Source: Desulfovibrio sp. (GTDB taxonomy: Bacteria > Desulfobacterota > Desulfovibrionia > Desulfovibrionales > Desulfovibrionaceae). Taken from it: a stretch of DNA of 64,000 bases. The notes beneath the pieces were generated by a model. The model did no database searches. It was given only the letters and a program-made list of their open reading frames with translations, and had not been told where the DNA came from. The number at the start of each line of letters is the position of its first letter. Position 1 is the first letter of the stretch. Shown one piece after another: positions 58,250-64,000 of this stretch. A program made the translations under genes and the position numbers. The stretch is from the NCBI GenBank assembly GCA_050251775.1, contig JBFWMD010000009.1, positions 6,647-70,646 on the forward strand, read 5' to 3'.

Positions 58250-58690
58250 CTAGTAGCGCTGCACGAGCACGGCCCCGGCCACGAGCAGACACGCTCCCAG
58301 CAAGCGCAGCGGGCTGATCTCCCGGACCACGTAGCCGAGCGCTCCGTAATGATCCAGCAGCATTCCGGCCGCGAGCTGGCTGGCGATGATCCAGGCGAGC
58401 ATGGCCCCGGCCCCGACCTTTTCGGCCAGCAGGATGGTGGCGGCCACAAAGAACGCGCCCATGAATCCGCCCAGCCACATCCACCACGGACCGCGCGCGC
58501 CCGAAAGCGCCGCGACCACGGGCCGCGAGGCAAAACACCAGGCCGCCAGGGCCAGCGTGCCCACGGCAAAGGAGATCATGGCCGAAAGCACGGGATCGCC
58601 CACGGCCTGCTTGAGCCGGACGTTGATGCCCGCCTGGAGCGGAACCAGGACGCCCGCCACCACCGCAATGAGTACATACATTCCTTTCAT
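58250..58690 (-). CDS. DMT-superfamily membrane protein (YdcZ/DUF606-like)
   Basis: Internal Met MKGMYVLIAVVAGVLVPLQAGINVRL. About 146 aa with five TM helices. Confidence 0.7.
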   Translation of the reverse strand: MKGMYVLIAVVAGVLVPLQAGINVRLKQAVGDPVLSAMISFAVGTLALAAWCFASRPVVAALSGARGPWWMWLGGFMGAFFVAATILLAEKVGAGAMLAWIIASQLAAGMLLDHYGALGYVVREISPLRLLGACLLVAGAVLVQRY

Positions 58691-58899
58691 GCCTGGGTTG
58701 ATACTCCTGTTTGCCGGGGAGGTCCATGTGGAAGGTCCCGCTGCCCCCCGCTCCGCGCCGGTCCACATGCCCCGGCCTCTTGTCGGGGAAATGTCGAACA
58801 ATCGTTACCGCGCCGCAACACAGTATCCGAAAGCGTCCTGTATATACCCTCCAATTTGTTTCTTCCACACCTGATCCGACCCCTTCCAGGAGGACAGAC

Positions 58900-59247
58900 A
58901 TGACCACGAAGTACAAAGAGGAAATCCGCCGCTTCCTGCAACAGCAACTGGACGATCTCCACATGGACGCGGACGAGAGCCTTGCTCTTGAGAATTGCGC
59001 CGACAACAACGATTTCGCTTCACTCCTGACCCAACACAACCTGGAACTGGCCCTGCGCGCCCGCCGCGCCGTGCAGGCCGCCGCGCTGGAACGTGCCCTT
59101 AAGCGCCTCGACCTGGACGACGGCTACGGCATCTGCCTGGAATGCGGCGAGGACATCGGGCTTGCGCGCATGCAGGCCAATCCCGCCGCAGACCTTTGCG
59201 TGCAATGCCAGGCCGAGGTCGAACGCGCCCTCAAAGCCTGCGCCTAG
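58900..59247 (+). CDS. DksA/TraR family C4-type zinc-finger protein
   Basis: AGGAGGA RBS with ATG at 58900. Coiled-coil N-terminus and CLECGEDI...CVQC finger. Confidence 0.8.
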   Translation: MTTKYKEEIRRFLQQQLDDLHMDADESLALENCADNNDFASLLTQHNLELALRARRAVQAAALERALKRLDLDDGYGICLECGEDIGLARMQANPAADLCVQCQAEVERALKACA

Positions 59248-59267
59248 AACATCAAAAGGTGAACGCC

Positions 59268-61709
59268 ATGGACAACCAAAGCTTCCGCATCGACCTGCAC
59301 GTCCATTCGAAACACTCCACGCGCCCCTCGCAATGGTTGTTGCAGAAGATCGGCTGCCCGGAGAGCTTCACTGAACCGCGCCTGATCTACGAAACCGCCC
59401 AGGCCCAGGGCATGGGCCTGGTCACGGTCACGGACCACAACACCCTGGCCGGCAGCCTGGAAATCGCGCATCTGCCCGGCACGTTCGTCTCCGAGGAGAT
59501 CACCACCTATTTCCCGGAGGACAAATGCAAGCTGCATGTGCTGGCCTTCGACATCACCGAGGCCCAGCACGCCGAGATCACGCGCCTGCGCGCCAATGTC
59601 TTTGAACTGGTCCCCTGGCTGCGCGAGCAGCGCATCGTCCACGTGCTGGCGCACCCGCTTTTCGCGGTCAACGACCGGCTTCTGCCCCGCCATTTCGAGC
59701 AGAGCCTGCTGCTCTTCAACAACTTCGAGCTCAACGGCACGCGCGACGCCCTGCAGAACCAGGTTCTGCGCGAGATCATCGGCTCCCTGACCCGCTTCGA
59801 CATGGAGCGCCTCGCCGAGCGTTACAACCTGGAGCCCTACGGCGAAGAGCCATGGAACAAGGGCCTGACCGGAGGATCGGACGACCATTCCTCCCTGAAC
59901 ATCGGCCGGGTCCACACCGAATTCGACGGCCCAGCCACCCTGGAAAACCTCAAGGCGCAACTGCACCAGCGCGCGGGCCGGCCCATGGGCATGGCAGCCA
60001 CTCCCCAGACCATGGCCCACAACCTCTACGGCATCGCCTACCAGTTCTACAAACAGCGCATGGGTTCCAGCGGCTCGGCCTCCAAGCATCTCTGCTTCCG
60101 CTTCGCGGACAACGCCCTGGACCTGCGCCGCAGGGAGCAGCCCGGCATGTTCTCGGGACTCAAGCGCCTTGTCAGCCGGGGCAAAACCGCCTGCTGGTCC
60201 TACTTCGGGCGCGAACGCTCGGCCCAGGACATGATGCTCCGCCAGGCCACGGAAATCCTGCTCCACGACGAGACCTTCCTGGACCTTGCGGACGGGCGTC
60301 TGGACGACGTGCCCGAAGTGGAAAAACAGTGGTCCCGCTTCGTGAACCAGGCCACGGGCCGGATCATGCACCAGTTCGCCGAACGAACCATGCAGACCGT
60401 GCGCAACGGACACTTCTTCGACATCTTCCACACCCTGGGCTCGGCCGGGGCCTTCTATGCCCTGCTCGCGCCCTATTTCGTGAGCTACGACCTCTTCTCC
60501 CGGGAGCGGCGTTTCTGCGACGACGTGCTCAAAGCCTTTGGCAAAACGCCCCAGCGCCCCCGCGCCCAGGGCCTCAAGGTCGCGCACTTCACGGACACCT
60601 TCGAGGAGGTCAACGGCGTGGCCCGCACCATCCGACAGCAGGTCTCCCTGGTGGGCCGCCACAACAAACAAATGCGTGTGATCACCTGCGGCCAGGGCAA
60701 CAGCGAACCCGGTGTGACCTGCTTCACGCCCGTGGGCAGCATGGAACTGCCTGAATATCCCGGCCTGACCCTGCACTATCCGCCGCTGCTGGACATGCTC
60801 ACCTATTGCTTCGAAGAAGACTTCGACTTCATTCTCGCGGCCACTCCCGGCCCGGTTGGTCTTGCGGCCCTGGCCGTATCCAAGATTCTCAAGATCCCCT
60901 GCCACGGAACCTACCACACCGCGTTTCCGCAGTACGTGGGCGCCTTTACCGAGGACCAGACCCTGGAAGACGCGGCTTGGCGCTTCATGGTCTGGTTCTA
61001 TAACCAGATGAGCGTGATCTACGCGCCGTCCCAGGCCGTGAAACAGGAGCTGGCGGACAAGGGCATCGACGCGGAAAAGATCATCGTCTACCCCCGCGGT
61101 GTGGACACCAACCGCTTCCACCCGTCCAAACGCAACGGCTTCTTCCGCAAGCGGCAAATGGGTTCCGGGACCAAATTCCTTTACGTGGGCCGCGTCTCCC
61201 AGGAAAAGGACCTCCACGTGCTTTGCCTGGCCTTCCGCAAGGTTCAGGCCCAGCGGCCCCAATGCGAACTGGTGGTGGTGGGCGACGGCCCATACCTGGA
61301 GGAGATGCGCCGGGAACTGCGCGGTCTGCCCGCGTACTTTACCGGCGTGCTCGAAGGCGAGGACCTGGCCCAGGCATACGCCAGCGCGGACATCTTTGTT
61401 TTTCCCTCGGCCACGGACACCTTCGGCAACGTGGTTCTGGAAGCCCAGGCCTCGGGCCTGCCCGCCATTGTCTCGGACAAGGGCGGACCCCAGGAAAATA
61501 TCCAGCCCGACCAGACCGGACTGGTGGCCCAGGCGGGCAACCCGGATGCGTTCGCCCGCTGCATGCTCGCCCTGGCCGACTACCCGGAGCGCCGCCAGTA
61601 CATGGCCACGGCCGCACGCCAGGGCATGGAGGGCCGGACCTTCGACGCCACCTTCCTGCGCACCTGGGAGATCTTTGGCGAATCCGTGCGCAGCGGCCGG
61701 TACATGTAG
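59268..61709 (+). CDS. PHP-domain / glycosyltransferase family 4 fusion protein (813 aa)
   Basis: N-terminal PHP motifs IDLHVHSKHS and TVTDHNTL. An uncharacterised ~250-aa middle region. C-terminal GT4/GT-B (LKVAHFTDTFEEVNGVA, GRVSQEKD, FVFPSATDTFGNVVLEAQASGLPAIVSDKGGPQE). Confidence 0.8.
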   Translation: MDNQSFRIDLHVHSKHSTRPSQWLLQKIGCPESFTEPRLIYETAQAQGMGLVTVTDHNTLAGSLEIAHLPGTFVSEEITTYFPEDKCKLHVLAFDITEAQHAEITRLRANVFELVPWLREQRIVHVLAHPLFAVNDRLLPRHFEQSLLLFNNFELNGTRDALQNQVLREIIGSLTRFDMERLAERYNLEPYGEEPWNKGLTGGSDDHSSLNIGRVHTEFDGPATLENLKAQLHQRAGRPMGMAATPQTMAHNLYGIAYQFYKQRMGSSGSASKHLCFRFADNALDLRRREQPGMFSGLKRLVSRGKTACWSYFGRERSAQDMMLRQATEILLHDETFLDLADGRLDDVPEVEKQWSRFVNQATGRIMHQFAERTMQTVRNGHFFDIFHTLGSAGAFYALLAPYFVSYDLFSRERRFCDDVLKAFGKTPQRPRAQGLKVAHFTDTFEEVNGVARTIRQQVSLVGRHNKQMRVITCGQGNSEPGVTCFTPVGSMELPEYPGLTLHYPPLLDMLTYCFEEDFDFILAATPGPVGLAALAVSKILKIPCHGTYHTAFPQYVGAFTEDQTLEDAAWRFMVWFYNQMSVIYAPSQAVKQELADKGIDAEKIIVYPRGVDTNRFHPSKRNGFFRKRQMGSGTKFLYVGRVSQEKDLHVLCLAFRKVQAQRPQCELVVVGDGPYLEEMRRELRGLPAYFTGVLEGEDLAQAYASADIFVFPSATDTFGNVVLEAQASGLPAIVSDKGGPQENIQPDQTGLVAQAGNPDAFARCMLALADYPERRQYMATAARQGMEGRTFDATFLRTWEIFGESVRSGRYM

Positions 61710-61772
61710 CCGCGTAACTTCCTCTATTGCGTTGTCCGCGCACACCCGAACCGTGATCCCCTCGCGCAAAAC

Positions 61773-61798
61773 AGGGCGGCCCCCTGTGGAGCCGCCCT
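61773..61798. terminator. hairpin between convergent PHP-GT and tyrS genes (probable bidirectional terminator)
   Basis: Stem AGGGCGGC / GCCGCCCT with a 10-nt loop. T-rich flanks on both strands are weak. Confidence 0.45.
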
Positions 61799-61917
61799 TG
61801 CAATTTTGCGGTCTATTTCGTCGCTTATCGGCAAGCGTTCGACGTTCCTTGCTGAAGCAAACCCGCCGCCGCTGTGCGGCATTGGACAGGCCGAATCAGG
61901 ACAGAATCAGCACAAGA

Positions 61918-63183
61918 TCAGGACAGGATCACCAGCCCGTAGTTCTTCTTGCCCTTGCGCAGCAGCAGCAGCTCGCCGCCCAAAAAGTCCGCCTCGGACG
62001 GCACATAGTCGCCGTCCACACGGGCCTGATTCACGTACACGCCGCCCGCCTGCATGTCCTTGCGGGCCTGGCCCTTGGACTTGGCCAGATCGAGGTCCAC
62101 GAGCATTTGCGGCAGGTCGGGCAGTTCCCCCCGCGCGCAAACCAGCGTGGGCGCGGCCTCCAGGGCCTGGCGCAGGGTGGCCGGGTCCGCCTTGGCCACG
62201 TCGCCGCCGCCAAAGAGCACTGCCGTGGTCTCCTGGACCTTGTCCAGCTCCTCCTGGCCGTGGATCATGCGCGTGACCTCCTCGGCCAGCCGCTTCTGCC
62301 CGAACCGCAAATGCGGTTCCCTTTCCACGCTGGCCGCGATTTCCGCGATCTGCTCCTGATCCAGGAATGTGAAGTATTTCAAAAAATTGACCACATCCGC
62401 GTCGTCGGTGTTCAGCCAAAACTGGTAGAAGGCATACGGGCTGGTCATCTCCGCGTTCATCCAGACCGCGTTGCCCTCGCTCTTGCCGAACTTCTTGCCC
62501 GAGGCCGTGGTGATCAGCGGAAAGGTCAGGGCATAGCCCGAGGCCTGCTCCTTGCGCCGGATCAGTTCGCAGCCCGCCGTGATGTTGCCCCACTGGTCCC
62601 CGCCGCCGATCTGCAAACGGCAGCCCCGGTCTTTGTAGAGCCGCCAGAAGTCCATGCCCTGGAGCACCATGTAGGAAAACTCGGTATAGGAAATGCCCGT
62701 GTCCTCGCGCACAAGGCGGTTCTTGACCGAATCCTTCTGCATCATCCAGTTGATGGTGAAGTGCTTGCCGATGTCGCGCAGCAGCTCCAGGGCGGACATG
62801 CCCTTGGTCCAATCGTAGTTGTTGACCACGTCCGCTTCGCCGTCCGCATTGCGGGCCACAAAAGCGCGCACCTGCGCCTCGATCTTGGCCGCGCGCATGT
62901 CCAGCACGCTCTCGTCGGCCATGTCCCGTTCCTTGTCCTTGCCCGATGGGTCGCCAATGCGGCCCGTGGCTCCGCCAAGCAGAAAAATGGGCTTGTGCCC
63001 GGCGCGCATCATGCGCACAAGGCAAAGCAGCGGCACGAGGTTGCCGATGTGCAGACTCTCGGCTGTGGGGTCAAAACCGCAATACATGGCGCGGCCCGGC
63101 TCGGAAAGATATTCGCGAACTCCGGCTTCGTCCGAAACCTGATTGACCAGACCGCGCCACTTCAACTCATCGAAAATATTCAT
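61918..63183 (-). CDS. tyrS: tyrosine--tRNA ligase
   Basis: HIGN (HIGH-type) motif in DPTAESLHIGNLV, KFGKS (KMSKS-type) motif, C-terminal S4 domain. Confidence 0.97.
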   Translation of the reverse strand: MNIFDELKWRGLVNQVSDEAGVREYLSEPGRAMYCGFDPTAESLHIGNLVPLLCLVRMMRAGHKPIFLLGGATGRIGDPSGKDKERDMADESVLDMRAAKIEAQVRAFVARNADGEADVVNNYDWTKGMSALELLRDIGKHFTINWMMQKDSVKNRLVREDTGISYTEFSYMVLQGMDFWRLYKDRGCRLQIGGGDQWGNITAGCELIRRKEQASGYALTFPLITTASGKKFGKSEGNAVWMNAEMTSPYAFYQFWLNTDDADVVNFLKYFTFLDQEQIAEIAASVEREPHLRFGQKRLAEEVTRMIHGQEELDKVQETTAVLFGGGDVAKADPATLRQALEAAPTLVCARGELPDLPQMLVDLDLAKSKGQARKDMQAGGVYVNQARVDGDYVPSEADFLGGELLLLRKGKKNYGLVILS

Positions 63184-63187
63184 CTCC

Positions 63188-63781
63188 CTACTCCGTTACG
63201 TCCAGATCGGGCCGCTCGACCCATTTTCCGCCCAAAACGGGCTTCCAGGCCTCCATCTTCTCCAGCAGCGCCTCGGGTTGCTCGTCCACCAGCCAGAGCC
63301 CCCGATGCTGCGGACGGATGAAACCGTGGTCCGCGCCGTGTTCTAAAAATGCCAGCAGATGATCGTAATACCCATTGACGTTCAGCAGTCCGTTGGGCTT
63401 GGGGTGCAACCCGAGCTGCGTCCAGGTCAGGGCCTCGAAAAATTCGTCCATGGTTCCCAGCCCGCCGGGAATGCTGATAAAGCCGTCGGAAAGCTCCAGG
63501 AGCATGCGCTTGCGCTCCATCATGCCCTCGACCACATGCAGTTCGCTCAGGCCCAGGTGCGCAATCTCCTTGTCCCGCAGGATCTTCGGAATCACGCCCA
63601 CCACCCGGCCGCCTTCGGCCAGGGCCGCGTCCGCCAGCTTGCCCATGCAGCCCACGTTGGAGCCGCCATACACCAGGGTCATGCCCTGCCGGGCCACAAC
63701 CCGAGCCAGCTCCTGCGCCCGCGCCACATACGCGGGTTCGCTGCCAGGACAGGATCCCAGAAAAACACATACGCTGCGCAT
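63188..63781 (-). CDS. LOG family (TIGR00730-type) nucleotide phosphoribohydrolase
   Basis: Internal Met MRSVCVFLGS. Motifs LVYGGSNVGCMG and PGGLGTMDEFFE. Confidence 0.85.
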   Translation of the reverse strand: MRSVCVFLGSCPGSEPAYVARAQELARVVARQGMTLVYGGSNVGCMGKLADAALAEGGRVVGVIPKILRDKEIAHLGLSELHVVEGMMERKRMLLELSDGFISIPGGLGTMDEFFEALTWTQLGLHPKPNGLLNVNGYYDHLLAFLEHGADHGFIRPQHRGLWLVDEQPEALLEKMEAWKPVLGGKWVERPDLDVTE

Positions 63782-63809
63782 CGTTGCCACGCTACCGCTC
63801 CGTTCTCGC

Positions 63810-64000
63810 TCATGTTTCATTGATCAGGCGCACGCTCCGCGCGCGGCCCGTGGATTCGTCTATGTCAAAAAGCGCACCTTGTAAAACCGCAACCCCGCCC
63901 GCCACATCGAATTTCGCGGGCAGACCATTGAGGAAACGCTGCACAATGGGGCCGGACTTCATGCCCAGGCAGCCGTCGCGCGGCCCGCACATGCCCAGGT
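63810..64000 (-). CDS. 3' end of a CDS continuing beyond the window; product not recognised
   Basis: The open frame runs to the window edge and ends ...FDIDESTGRARSVRLINET. Confidence 0.4.
   Translation of the reverse strand, partial: LGMCGPRDGCLGMKSGPIVQRFLNGLPAKFDVAGGVAVLQGALFDIDESTGRARSVRLINET

Noticed and set aside
59244-61769. 841-aa ORF on the minus strand
   Set aside because: It is antisense to the PHP-GT4 fusion gene, which carries clear PHP and GT4 motifs. The antisense product is low-complexity.
61099-63321. 740-aa ORF on the plus strand
   Set aside because: It spans the 3' end of the GT gene in another frame and the whole antisense of tyrS and LOG. It is Pro/Arg/Ala-rich with no motifs. 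tyrS has HIGH and KMSKS signatures on the other strand.

Overview
High-GC bacterial chromosome segment, roughly 62-66% GC by eye. Gene content and motifs suggest a Desulfovibrio-type sulfate reducer: eno-folD synteny, multihaem cytochrome, small MucR/Ros regulator, ATGCAAC-type Zur boxes and a sigma54-driven amtB-glnK-glnD cluster. This taxonomic call is inference, not a database result. I can support about 60 protein-coding genes, most of them housekeeping or transport. They include purD-purE-moaA, eno, folD, coaX, htpG, tyrS, ald with its Lrp regulator, znuACB-zur, amtB-glnK-glnD, three MFS and two DMT-type transporters, two MscS channels and several GNATs. I found no rRNA, tRNA, CRISPR array, transposase or integrase. 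Two stretches deviate in composition: the first ~580 nt are AT-rich, and 33.5-39.6 kb is a lower-GC island carrying a MerR-regulated RND efflux pump and a GNAT, next to a short orphan RHS protein. The most unusual loci are listed here in order of interest. (1) A translationally coupled pair of cytochrome-bd (CydA)-like membrane proteins, the second fused to a ~540-aa domain with 7 CXXCH motifs (15037-18701). (2) A tandemly duplicated module of a small unannotated single-TM protein divergent from a LysR regulator (20947-23615). (3) A signal-peptide-bearing alpha-acetolactate-decarboxylase homologue trailing the znuACB-zur operon. (4) A DksA/TraR zinc-finger gene followed by a PHP-glycosyltransferase fusion. 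(5) A ~970-bp regulatory region upstream of amtB with a textbook sigma54 element and two families of triplicated short repeats. All start codons were chosen by eye from RBS and alignment logic. CDS coordinates include the stop codon. No similarity search was run, so every family call comes from motif recognition.
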